A stretch of 42,883 bases of DNA from a bacterium (GCA_030697525.1 JAUYPW010000026.1:1-42883); one strand, 5' to 3'; positions 26,304 to 34,369 are shown, counted from the stretch's first letter. A program made the numbers and translations. The notes: generated from the letters alone by a model not told the origin.

Positions 26304-27080
26304 TTGGTGTACATAGTTGAAGTAAAAAACTTAACAAAGAAATTTAGATCCGTCACGGCTGTAGACGGCATTTCTTTTGGTTTGCCTCAAGGAAAAATAA
26401 TTGGCCTTTTGGGTCCAAACGGCGCGGGCAAAACAACCACTATTCAAATGTTGCTCGATTTGATAACTCCCACCTCCGGTTCCATCAGAATTTTTGGCAA
26501 AGAGCTACATTCTCACAGAGAAGAAATATTAAATAAGGTTAATTTTTCTTCTCCCTATGTGTCTTTGCCCTCCAACCTCAAGGTTTGGGAAAATCTTAAT
26601 GTTTTTGCCAATCTTTATGGGGTAAAAAATATAAAAGCAAAGATTGCCGAGTTGAGCGACCTTTTCGGCATAGAAGATTTTATGCAAAAGATGACCTCTC
26701 TTCTCTCCACTGGTCAGCTAACCCGCCTTAATCTAGCCAAAGCTTTTCTAAATGATCCGGAACTGCTTCTGCTGGACGAACCGACAGCATCGCTTGATCC
26801 GGATATTGCCGATCGTATCCGCAAAATGCTTAAAAAGGTCCAGCAGGACAAGGGGGTTACCATTCTTTATACTTCTCACAATATGGTAGAAGTTGAGGAG
26901 ATCTGTGATCAGATTATTTTTATAAATAAAGGGCGGATAGTGGACGAGGGTACCCCCACTGAACTGGTTAAGAAATACGGGCATCGCGACATGAACGACG
27001 TATTTTTGACCATCGTTAGAGAGGGGGAGGCTAAAGAGCTGGTAGTGGATATAAAAAAACACACGAATGAAGTGGCATAG
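26304..27080 (+). CDS. ABC transporter ATP-binding protein (ABC-2 exporter type)
   Basis: Walker A GPNGAGKTTT, signature LSTGQLTRL, Walker B LLLLDEPT. Confidence 0.85.
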   Translation: MVYIVEVKNLTKKFRSVTAVDGISFGLPQGKIIGLLGPNGAGKTTTIQMLLDLITPTSGSIRIFGKELHSHREEILNKVNFSSPYVSLPSNLKVWENLNVFANLYGVKNIKAKIAELSDLFGIEDFMQKMTSLLSTGQLTRLNLAKAFLNDPELLLLDEPTASLDPDIADRIRKMLKKVQQDKGVTILYTSHNMVEVEEICDQIIFINKGRIVDEGTPTELVKKYGHRDMNDVFLTIVREGEAKELVVDIKKHTNEVA

Positions 27081-27861
27081 AATAAAAGCCTTACTCATTA
27101 GATATATGTATCTAAACAAAAGAAGTCTGCCGCGGCTGATGGATATTTTTTATTGGCCTGTTTTGGATCTTTTGTTGTGGGGTTTTTTGAGTTTTTATTT
27201 AGAAAAACTTAACATGGGCAATCTGAATGTGGTTACTTTGCTTCTGGGAGCTATTATTTTTTGGGATTTGCTAAGTCAATCGCAAAGGGCGGTCGCGGTT
27301 TCTTTTTTGGAGGAAGTATGGGAGAAGAACCTTCTTAATTTATTTGTAGCGCCTCTACGGATAAGCGAATTTCTGGTATCTACAATTTTAATCGGTTTTT
27401 TCAGGGTGATTTTGGTCGGCTTGGTCATGGGTTCTCTGGGTCTGCTTTTTTATCATTTTAATATAATCGGACAATTTGGATTTTATTTGATAATTTTTTT
27501 GTTAAATCTTTTGATTTTTGGCTGGTCGTTGGGGCTTCTCATAATCGGGTTTATTTTACGTTTTGGAACCTCGGCGCAGATAATCGCTTTTGGTTTTATG
27601 GTTTTAATTCAGCCTTTCAGCGCGGTCTTTTATCCGGTTAGCGCTCTGCCGGAGAGTTTAAGATACATAGCTTATATTTTACCCTCCACCTATGTTTTTG
27701 AAGGCATGAGGGCGGTCATAGCCAGTTCGGCTTTTCCTTGGTCGCAACTCGGCTTAGCTCTCTTGACCAACGCAATTTATCTGGTGCTAACTTGCTGGTT
27801 TTTCTATCGCATGTTTGCGAGAATAAAAGAGAAGGGGACTATAATGAGATTGAATGATTGA
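27067..27861 (+). CDS. ABC-2 type transporter permease
   Basis: 6-TM permease overlapping the ATPase stop. Typical ABC-2 architecture. Confidence 0.7.
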   Translation: MKWHRIKALLIRYMYLNKRSLPRLMDIFYWPVLDLLLWGFLSFYLEKLNMGNLNVVTLLLGAIIFWDLLSQSQRAVAVSFLEEVWEKNLLNLFVAPLRISEFLVSTILIGFFRVILVGLVMGSLGLLFYHFNIIGQFGFYLIIFLLNLLIFGWSLGLLIIGFILRFGTSAQIIAFGFMVLIQPFSAVFYPVSALPESLRYIAYILPSTYVFEGMRAVIASSAFPWSQLGLALLTNAIYLVLTCWFFYRMFARIKEKGTIMRLND

Positions 27862-27867
27862 GAAAAT

Positions 27868-28033
27868 CACTTCGCTAGTTTCCTCGGCAGTCTTCTCGAA
27901 AACCCGTTCGTCTGCTCCTGCGGCAGACTTCTCTATATCGTCGCGACTGGGTTTGATTGCATAAAGCAATCAAACACCAAGCCCAGCCGCTCCTCAATGG
28001 TTTTCTCAAAGACTGCCTCGGACTAGCTCGGTG
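27868..28033. repeat. Structured palindromic intergenic element, full copy A (~165 nt)
   Basis: Outer long-range stem ggcagtctt..gaaaacc / ggttttc..aagactgcc. Inner hairpin gtctgc-TCCTGCG-gcagac. Hairpin gtttgattgc-ataaa-gcaatcaaac. Conserved segments gtcgtcgcga, ccaagc, cgctcctc. Homologous to 35465-35631. Confidence 0.7.
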
Positions 28034-28058
28034 AATAAGGTTTTTTTAAGGAAATTTT

Positions 28059-28655
28059 ATGGAAGACGAAAGGAAAGAAAAAATGAGGCAGATAAAAGAT
28101 GAGGTGGTGAACTTCAAAGGATCTCCGCTATATAAGGATCGGGTGCAAAATAGAAATCTTCCGGTAATAGGGGAGGGGAGCCACAATGCTAAGATAATGT
28201 TTGTTGGAGAAGCTCCGGGGAAAAATGAAGCCCAAACCGGAAGGCCATTTTGCGGAGCGGCGGGGAGAATACTGGACGAACTTCTACAATCAATCGGCAT
28301 GGATCGCAAAGAAGTTTATATTACTAATATAGTGAAGGATCGTCCGCCGCAAAACCGCGATCCTTTTCCGGAAGAAATAGCGGCGTATGCTCCGTATCTG
28401 GACAGGCAGATAGATATAATTCAGCCGGTAGTTGTTGCGACCCTTGGTAGATTTTCCATGAAGTACATAATGGATAAATTCGCATTGTCTCATGAAATTC
28501 AGTCCATCAGCCGGATTCATGGGCGAGTATTTGAAGCCGAAATTTCTTACGGCAAGGTAAAAATAATACCCATGTATCATCCGGCCACAGTTTTATATAA
28601 CCCGTCTCTTAAAGAGGATTTAAAAAAAGATTTCCAAGTTCTAGCCAAAAACTAA
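28059..28655 (+). CDS. Uracil-DNA glycosylase, family 4
   Basis: GEAPG motif (MFVGEAPGKNEAQTGRPFCGAAGRIL) and HPA(T) near the C-terminus. Confidence 0.8.
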   Translation: MEDERKEKMRQIKDEVVNFKGSPLYKDRVQNRNLPVIGEGSHNAKIMFVGEAPGKNEAQTGRPFCGAAGRILDELLQSIGMDRKEVYITNIVKDRPPQNRDPFPEEIAAYAPYLDRQIDIIQPVVVATLGRFSMKYIMDKFALSHEIQSISRIHGRVFEAEISYGKVKIIPMYHPATVLYNPSLKEDLKKDFQVLAKN

Positions 28656-28661
28656 GCATAG

Positions 28662-28690
28662 TTGACACAAACTACAATATCGGTTATACT
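28662..28690 (+). promoter_or_regulatory. Sigma70 consensus promoter (TTGACA-17-TATACT) of the RRM protein gene
   Basis: Perfect -35 and near-perfect -10 with 17-nt spacer. Confidence 0.6.
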
Positions 28691-28696
28691 GGACAT

Positions 28697-28837
28697 AGTT
28701 GTAAGTTTCTCGTTTTGTTTTCTCGGGCCCCAAACAGAACCTGCGGTTCTGACGGGGTAAACCTTGCCCAATTGGTGTAAGGCGGGAGACAGTAGAGAGG
28801 TCGCCTTACACTTATAAACAAGCAAATGCTTTTATAA
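28697..28837 (+). promoter_or_regulatory. Structured ~140-nt 5' leader of the RRM RNA-binding-protein gene
   Basis: Contains a gttttctcggg box, hairpin gaacc-tgc-ggttc, and a 10-bp stem gtgtaaggcg/cgccttacac with a 17-nt loop. Confidence 0.4.
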
Positions 28838-29200
28838 ATGGCAAAGAAATTATATATAGGTGGTCTGCCTTATAGCGTTACTGATGACCAGCTGAAAGAA
28901 GCCTTTTCCCAAGCGGGAGCGGTTGAATCAGCTACGGTTGTCATTGATAAATTCTCTGGTCGTTCCCGAGGTTTCGGCTTCGTGGAAATGGCTTCGGACG
29001 AAGACGCTGATGCGGCCATCAAAATGTGGAATGGTCAGGATTTCCAAGGACGCAAACTGACCGTCAATGAAGCTCGCCCCATGGAAGCTCGCGCCCCCCG
29101 AACAGGAGGTGCCGCTGGAGGTTTCCGAAGAGGAGGGGCAGGAGGAGATAGAGGCGGATTTGGCGGAGGCAGGAGAGATGACCGAGGAGGAAACTGGTAA
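28838..29200 (+). CDS. RRM-domain glycine-rich RNA-binding protein
   Basis: RNP2 LYIGGL, RNP1 RGFGFVEM, and a C-terminal RGG/Gly-rich tail. Confidence 0.85.
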   Translation: MAKKLYIGGLPYSVTDDQLKEAFSQAGAVESATVVIDKFSGRSRGFGFVEMASDEDADAAIKMWNGQDFQGRKLTVNEARPMEARAPRTGGAAGGFRRGGAGGDRGGFGGGRRDDRGGNW

Positions 29201-29207
29201 TTCCAAG

Positions 29208-29236
29208 AAAAAACACCCTAACGGGTGTTTTTTCTA
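29208..29236 (+). terminator. Rho-independent terminator of the RRM gene
   Basis: aacaccc-taac-gggtgtt followed by TTTTTC. Confidence 0.65.
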
Positions 29237-29271
29237 TTGGCGTATATTTTCCAATTTGTTAATATAGTAAT

Positions 29272-29514
29272 ATGATAGTTGTATATACTAAAACAGGATG
29301 TCCGTGGTGCGCGGAGGTGCTGGAGTTTTTAAGAGATAAAAAAATTGAATTTGAAGAAAAAGAGGTTTTGAAAAATCCTAAGTTTATGGAAGAATTGATG
29401 CAGAGGTCGGGGCAAAATAAAACACCGACTCTAGATGTTGGCGGAGACATACTAGCGGATACAGATATCAGAGCAGTGGAAAATTTTTTAAAAAATAAAG
29501 GAATAATAAATTAA
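29272..29514 (+). CDS. Glutaredoxin-like thiol-disulfide oxidoreductase
   Basis: 80 aa. MIVVYTKTGCPWCAEV with a CPWC active site and a thioredoxin-fold pattern. Confidence 0.75.
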   Translation: MIVVYTKTGCPWCAEVLEFLRDKKIEFEEKEVLKNPKFMEELMQRSGQNKTPTLDVGGDILADTDIRAVENFLKNKGIIN

Positions 29515-29519
29515 TTTTC

Positions 29520-29834
29520 ATGGAGCAAAACCAAACTCAACCAAGTAGTCCGGTTTCGGTGAGCAATGATTCGCTTATGCCTCATCAGGAACCGCATAAT
29601 GGAAATAGCCTGCCTACCGGACAGGCAGGCCAGGTAATACAACCTTCGGTTATTTCCCAAGCGCCAGTTGAGGTACGAGATTTTATAACTGTTTCCAAGA
29701 GCGATTTCGGAGTGATTGCGGAGCCAAAAAGCAAAAAATTGCCGGTGGTGGTTTTGGTGCTGGCGGGATTGATTGGTTTGTTTATACTGTATGAATATAT
29801 GCTGTACAGGTCGCTGATCAATCAAGGTATATAA
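29520..29834 (+). CDS. Hypothetical protein with a C-terminal TM anchor
   Basis: 104 aa. Polar N-terminus and a C-terminal hydrophobic helix. Confidence 0.4.
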   Translation: MEQNQTQPSSPVSVSNDSLMPHQEPHNGNSLPTGQAGQVIQPSVISQAPVEVRDFITVSKSDFGVIAEPKSKKLPVVVLVLAGLIGLFILYEYMLYRSLINQGI

Positions 29835-29844
29835 CTAAGTTAAA

Positions 29845-30153
29845 ATGACAGAAGGGAAATATCTTTGGACTCACCATGCGCGTGAGAAGATGAGGCATTA
29901 TCGGCTCACTGATGCTAGAATTAAAAGAATTATCAGACATCCGACTCGCATTGAGGAGGGTGTTTTGGAAAATGCCGTAGCTTGTATGCAACCCGCCGAA
30001 GGAAAAAAATATTCAGAGATTTGGACTATGTATTTGGTTTCAAAACCCAGCATTAGAATAATCACAGCTTGGCGTTATCCGGGCAAAAGTCCGGAAAGGG
30101 TTCCCGTGCCGGCCAATATTTTAAAAGAAGCTCGAAAATTAATTTATGGCTGA
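29845..30153 (+). CDS. DUF4258-like small protein (putative toxin-like component)
   Basis: HAREKMRHYRLTDARIKRII...ITAWRYP matches the H-A-x-E-R-M-x-x-R-x-I ... I-T-A-Y pattern of DUF4258. Confidence 0.45.
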   Translation: MTEGKYLWTHHAREKMRHYRLTDARIKRIIRHPTRIEEGVLENAVACMQPAEGKKYSEIWTMYLVSKPSIRIITAWRYPGKSPERVPVPANILKEARKLIYG

Positions 30154-30817
30154 AGGACTAATAAAAATATCCCCTTCGGGTATAAGCTCGCTACTAGAAT
30201 GTCCGCGTTGTCTTTGGATGCAATATAATGAGGCCATAAAAAGGCCGCGGGGGATTTTTCCGTCTTTGCCCGACGGTATGGATAATGTTTTTAAAAAATA
30301 TTTTGATGAATTCAGGGAGCAGGGCGGTCTGCCCCCGGAGATAGAAGGAAAAGTTGACGGAAAGCTATTTCCGGATTTAAAAAAATTAAACCAATGGCGT
30401 AATTTTGATTTTGGACGCGGGGGAATAAGAACTACCGTTCCTGAATTTAATATGGTTGTGGCCGGAGCTATAGACGATCTCCTGGTAGCGCCAGACGGCA
30501 GATATATACCTTTTGATTTTAAGACCAGAGGTTATCCGACCAAAGAGGATACTCACGAGCATTACAGATGCCAACTTGATTTATATGCCCTGCTTTTTGA
30601 AAAAAACGGGATGCCCGTGTCAGACCATGGGTATTTATTATTTTTCTGGCCGGAAACATATAGTTTGGGCATGGCCAACTTCAAAACAAATTTAATAAGA
30701 ATGGATGTCTCTCCAAGCCGGGGCTTTACTATATTAGATAAAGCTTATAGAATAATAACAAGTTCGAAACCGGAGTCGCATAAAGAGTGCGAATACTGTC
30801 TTTATAGGGGAGCATAG
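30146..30817 (+). CDS. PD-(D/E)XK-superfamily nuclease with N- and C-terminal CxxC pairs (Cas4/RecB-like fold)
   Basis: AIDDLLV...IPFDFKT gives a D-x(n)-D-x-K core. CPRC at the N-terminus and CEYC at the C-terminus. Overlaps the upstream ORF by 8 nt. Confidence 0.5.
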   Translation: MAEGLIKISPSGISSLLECPRCLWMQYNEAIKRPRGIFPSLPDGMDNVFKKYFDEFREQGGLPPEIEGKVDGKLFPDLKKLNQWRNFDFGRGGIRTTVPEFNMVVAGAIDDLLVAPDGRYIPFDFKTRGYPTKEDTHEHYRCQLDLYALLFEKNGMPVSDHGYLLFFWPETYSLGMANFKTNLIRMDVSPSRGFTILDKAYRIITSSKPESHKECEYCLYRGA

Positions 30818-30841
30818 CAACTTGAAAATAAGGAGGTGTAA

Positions 30842-31267
30842 ATGGACTCACAGACCTTATCGTCATTATGTGTAGGCGTTGCTTTCTCGGTTTTAATTGG
30901 TTTTGTGATTTTTTTTACCAGGCAAGCTAATCGTGAAGAAAATCTTCGAGATTCGGCGGAAAAAGATGATCTGCTTGGAACTGGAAACAAGATGATTGCG
31001 ACTCAGATAAAAAGGGATATCGTAGAAATCCGCAGGGAGGTGGATAAACTTATAGATTCCGCAGTTAAATTGAACGAATTATCTCAAGAAACACTTGAAA
31101 AACTTAGAGAAAGAGCTAAAGATGAGCCTATTACATCCGCTGAATTCAAAATGCTGGTAAGACAAACCCTGAAAGAGTTCCAGGAAATTAGAAATATGCA
31201 TCCCGACAAGGATTATGAGTATTTAGTAGGTAGGGCAATCAAGATTTTATTACAGCTGGCTTATTAG
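30842..31267 (+). CDS. Hypothetical membrane-anchored coiled-coil protein
   Basis: N-terminal TM and a charged helical remainder. RBS AAGGAGGTG. Confidence 0.45.
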   Translation: MDSQTLSSLCVGVAFSVLIGFVIFFTRQANREENLRDSAEKDDLLGTGNKMIATQIKRDIVEIRREVDKLIDSAVKLNELSQETLEKLRERAKDEPITSAEFKMLVRQTLKEFQEIRNMHPDKDYEYLVGRAIKILLQLAY

Positions 31268-31381
31268 TCGGCTGTTTTATTTTGTGATTGTGGCACGGGG
31301 TGTGGATAAGTAGTCTTTATATAACGCGCAAAAAAATATAACATGGAAAATATAACCATTAATTAATTTATACGAGAACAT

Positions 31382-31624
31382 ATGAAAAATACCATGAAGT
31401 GGGTTTGGCTTGTCGTCGCTTTGGTGGTGGGTCTTGGCGGCGGCTATTGGATGGGAAATGTAAAAGGAGTGGCCAAAGAAAAAGCCGCGGCAGAAGCCAA
31501 GAGAAAGACCGCTGAACAGGAAGCGGCTACGGCGGTTAATCCTTTTGAGCAGGCCACAGTAAATCCTTTTGAAAAGTCTCCGACCAATCCTTTTGATAAC
31601 GTAAAGGTTAACCCGTTTGAGTAA
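31382..31624 (+). CDS. Small exported peptide with four tandem (V/T)NPF(E/D) repeats
   Basis: 80 aa. N-terminal TM/signal. Lys/Ala/Glu-rich helix followed by AVNPFE-QATVNPFE-KSPTNPFD-NVKVNPFE. Confidence 0.5.
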   Translation: MKNTMKWVWLVVALVVGLGGGYWMGNVKGVAKEKAAAEAKRKTAEQEAATAVNPFEQATVNPFEKSPTNPFDNVKVNPFE

Positions 31625-31639
31625 TTAACCCCCAAAAAA

Positions 31640-34285
31640 ATGAAAAAAAGTGTATTTTTATCAATAATATTCAGTATTTTTATAGTCGGCTTTGCGTGGT
31701 ATGTATCAGCCGCCTCAATCTTTGATATAGAATTTCCCATACCGGAACTTGGCAACTGTGCCGATAAAGCGGAGTGTAAAACCTATTGCGATGATTTCGA
31801 GCACAAAAGCGAGTGTGCCACCTTTGCCAAAAAATATGGTCTAGTTGATGAAAAAACAGCCGCCAGAGCGGAAAAATTACCCGAAACAGGTCCAGGAGGA
31901 TGCAAGGGAGAAAATGAGTGTCGCAATTACTGTGAGAGCGCTGATCACGCTGACGAATGCTTTGCTTTTGGTGAAGAACACAATTTAGTAAGCGATACTG
32001 ATAAAAAGAAATTTAAAGAGTTTAAAGAAACAGCTGGCCCAGGCGGATGTAAGGGGCCAAACGAATGCCGCGCCTATTGTGAAGATTCAGCTCATGTAGA
32101 CGAGTGTGTGGATTTTGGGCAAAAAAAAGGATTTATATCCGATAAGCAAGCCGAAATTGCCAAAAAAGTTAATAAAGGCGGGGGGCCGGGGGGTTGTAAA
32201 TCTGAACAAGAGTGCCGATCCTATTGCGAAAATCCCGATAATCTCGGGGGTTGTATGGACTTTGCCGAGCAGAATGGATTTATCAACAAAGAACAAGCTA
32301 CGCTTGTAAGAAAAGCGGGTTTTGGCGGGGGGCCTGGTGGATGTAGGGGGGCTGAACAGTGCCGTGATTATTGTGAAGACCCTGCTCATCAGCAGGAATG
32401 TATTGATTTTGGGGAAAAGAACGGCATGATGAGTTCTGAAGAAGCGACACAGGCTAGAAAATTTGCCGGAAAAACTGGGCCGGGAGGATGTACTGGTAGC
32501 CAATGCAGGGAATTTTGTGAGAATCCAGAAAATGGAGATGCTTGTCTTGAATTTGCTGAAAAAGAGAATTTGATCCCGCAGGCGGAACTCCAAAAAGCTA
32601 GAAAGTTTATGCAAGCTTCTCGCGAAGGAGGTCCTGGTGGGTGTAAGGGGGCGCAATGCCGCGCATATTGTGAAGATCCGGAACACCAGGACGAATGTTT
32701 TAGCTTTGCCAAAAATCAAGGTTTGGTTGGGGCTGAAGAGCAGCAATCTTTTGACGCCGGAAAGAAGATAAGAGAAAAAATGCAGCAAGCAGGAGGCCCC
32801 GGAGGTTGCAAAAATGATAATGAATGCCGAACTTATTGCACCAACCTAAGTAATGTAGAAGAATGTATCGCTTTCGGAGCTACCCACGGAGGAGTTTCTC
32901 CGGAGAAAGTAAAACAGATGCTTCAGCAGTTTACCCAAAATCGTTATGAGGCTCAAGGAGGTTTCCAGCCCCCACAGGATTTTAGCCAATTTCAACAAGG
33001 AGCTTTCCGGAAATTTGAAGAATTTAGACAGCTGGAAACAGAATTTCGCGGCAAATTTCAAGGCCCTCCGGGAGGTTTTCCGGGAGGAGGTGGTGAATTT
33101 CCCGGCGGGGGAGCGACCGGCGGACAATTTCCTGGCGGAAGTTTCGGGGGTCCACAAGGAGGTTTTGTGGGTCCGGGGGGATGCTCATCTCCAGCAGAAT
33201 GCATAAAACATTGCTCTGAAAACAGGGAAGAATGTTTCGGTGGATCTCAAGGAGGAGAATCTGGTGGTCCCGGTGGAGATTTTGAGGATGAAGAATTTGG
33301 AGGGCCGCCTGGTTTCGGTGGTGGGTTTGGTGGGGGATTCGGCGGGTTTCCACCGCCAGGCCAAGACCAAGGAGGATTTTTTGGTGGAAAAGGTGGTCCT
33401 CAACTAAGGACAAACATAGTGCACGAATTTAAAGAAGGGGATATACCAGATAATTTCCAACAGCTTCCGGAAGAACAAAGAAAAGATTTCTTTAAGCAAA
33501 AATTTGAAGAGTTCAGGGGTGGACCACCGGCTGGATTCCCCGGTGGTCAGCAAGGCCAATTCCCGAGAGGTTCACAACAACAAGATGGCATGGGTTTTCC
33601 CGGGGGTCAGCAGAGAGGTGGATTTCCTGGATTTAATGAAGGAGGATTTAACGGGGAACGCGAAGAAGAATTTAAAAAAGAGTTTGAACAACAAGGAGGA
33701 CAGTTTTCGGGCAAAGGGGCAACCGGTGGTCCGCCAGCTGGCGGGTTCCCGGGCGGGTCTCAACAGGGGCAATTCCCCAATAGAACTGGAGGATTTCCTA
33801 GTGGTCAGCAAGGTGGTTTTCCTGGTAGCGGCGCAACGGGAGGACAGTTTCCCGGAGAAACACGTCAGCCATTTGAAGGTATAAAGCCGGTTGAAGGAAC
33901 TCCGGGAATATTCAATCAGACCCAACCACACGAGGGAGGTTTTCAACAACCATCTGGTAGTCCGCCAGCTGGCGGGTTTATCCAGCCCTCATCAGGAGGA
34001 TTTCAACCCCAATCAGGAGGAACGTTTAATCAGCCGCAGGGAGATTTTGGAGGCACCTTCCAACAACCCTCTGGAGGAACCTTTCAGCCTCCACCGAGCG
34101 GCGGCACATTTGAATCTGCTCCGCCACCATCGGGAGGAGGAACATTCTCACCTCCGCCTTCAGGAGACGGGGGTGGTACCTTTCAGCCTCCGCCAAGCGG
34201 AACTTTCCAGCCCCCTCCCTCCGGAGCGGCTCCCAGAAAAAGCTTGTTTGGCGGTCTTGTCGATTTCTTCGGGCTTAAAAAATAA
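31640..34285 (+). CDS. Large secreted repeat protein: signal peptide + nine tandem ~50-aa 4-Cys modules + ~350-aa G/F/P/Q-rich low-complexity tail
   Basis: Module consensus GPGGC-x4-5-C-R-x-Y-C-E-x8-C-x-F(G/A). The tail has GGFPGG(Q)QG(Q)FP, FGG and (QPPPSGGTF)n repeats. Hairpin terminator downstream. Confidence 0.7.
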   Translation: MKKSVFLSIIFSIFIVGFAWYVSAASIFDIEFPIPELGNCADKAECKTYCDDFEHKSECATFAKKYGLVDEKTAARAEKLPETGPGGCKGENECRNYCESADHADECFAFGEEHNLVSDTDKKKFKEFKETAGPGGCKGPNECRAYCEDSAHVDECVDFGQKKGFISDKQAEIAKKVNKGGGPGGCKSEQECRSYCENPDNLGGCMDFAEQNGFINKEQATLVRKAGFGGGPGGCRGAEQCRDYCEDPAHQQECIDFGEKNGMMSSEEATQARKFAGKTGPGGCTGSQCREFCENPENGDACLEFAEKENLIPQAELQKARKFMQASREGGPGGCKGAQCRAYCEDPEHQDECFSFAKNQGLVGAEEQQSFDAGKKIREKMQQAGGPGGCKNDNECRTYCTNLSNVEECIAFGATHGGVSPEKVKQMLQQFTQNRYEAQGGFQPPQDFSQFQQGAFRKFEEFRQLETEFRGKFQGPPGGFPGGGGEFPGGGATGGQFPGGSFGGPQGGFVGPGGCSSPAECIKHCSENREECFGGSQGGESGGPGGDFEDEEFGGPPGFGGGFGGGFGGFPPPGQDQGGFFGGKGGPQLRTNIVHEFKEGDIPDNFQQLPEEQRKDFFKQKFEEFRGGPPAGFPGGQQGQFPRGSQQQDGMGFPGGQQRGGFPGFNEGGFNGEREEEFKKEFEQQGGQFSGKGATGGPPAGGFPGGSQQGQFPNRTGGFPSGQQGGFPGSGATGGQFPGETRQPFEGIKPVEGTPGIFNQTQPHEGGFQQPSGSPPAGGFIQPSSGGFQPQSGGTFNQPQGDFGGTFQQPSGGTFQPPPSGGTFESAPPPSGGGTFSPPPSGDGGGTFQPPPSGTFQPPPSGAAPRKSLFGGLVDFFGLKK
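31757..33240 (+). repeat. In-frame tandem DNA repeats encoding the 4-Cys modules (approximate bounds)
   Basis: Nine diverged copies of a ~150-nt unit visible as recurring ggnccnggnggntg(y)aa(r)gg...tgccg...tattg(y)ga. Confidence 0.6.
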
Positions 34286-34300
34286 ATCTTCGAGATTACT

Positions 34301-34338
34301 AAAATCAGTCTGATGGCTATCGGACTGATTTTATTTTT
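34301..34338 (+). terminator. Rho-independent terminator of the large repeat-protein gene
   Basis: aaaatcagtc-tgatggctatcg-gactgatttt followed by ATTTTTAA. Confidence 0.6.
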
Positions 34339-34369
34339 AAGGTACACTATGATATTATTTTCTTAAGTT

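Noticed and set aside
27787-27969. 60-aa minus-strand ORF overlapping structured element A, and the 151-aa ORF 35353-35808 overlapping element B
   Set aside because: Both cross the palindromic elements and the stop codons of well-supported genes. The inverted-repeat structure explains the open frames.
30750-30775. gttcgaaaccgg resembling a tRNA T-arm
   Set aside because: It is inside the PD-(D/E)XK nuclease CDS. No acceptor, D or anticodon stems can be built around it.
32087-32788. 233-aa minus-strand ORF (and 33024-33413, 33572-33949, 33891-34313) inside the large repeat-protein gene
   Set aside because: Antisense or alternate-frame artefacts of the repetitive G/C-rich codons. They lack starts with RBS, and their low-complexity translations mirror the + strand repeats.
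31757-33240. Regular repeats that might suggest a CRISPR array
   Set aside because: The repeats are ~150-nt, in-frame and protein-coding (4-Cys modules), with no short direct repeats separated by unique spacers. No CRISPR-like array was seen anywhere in the window.
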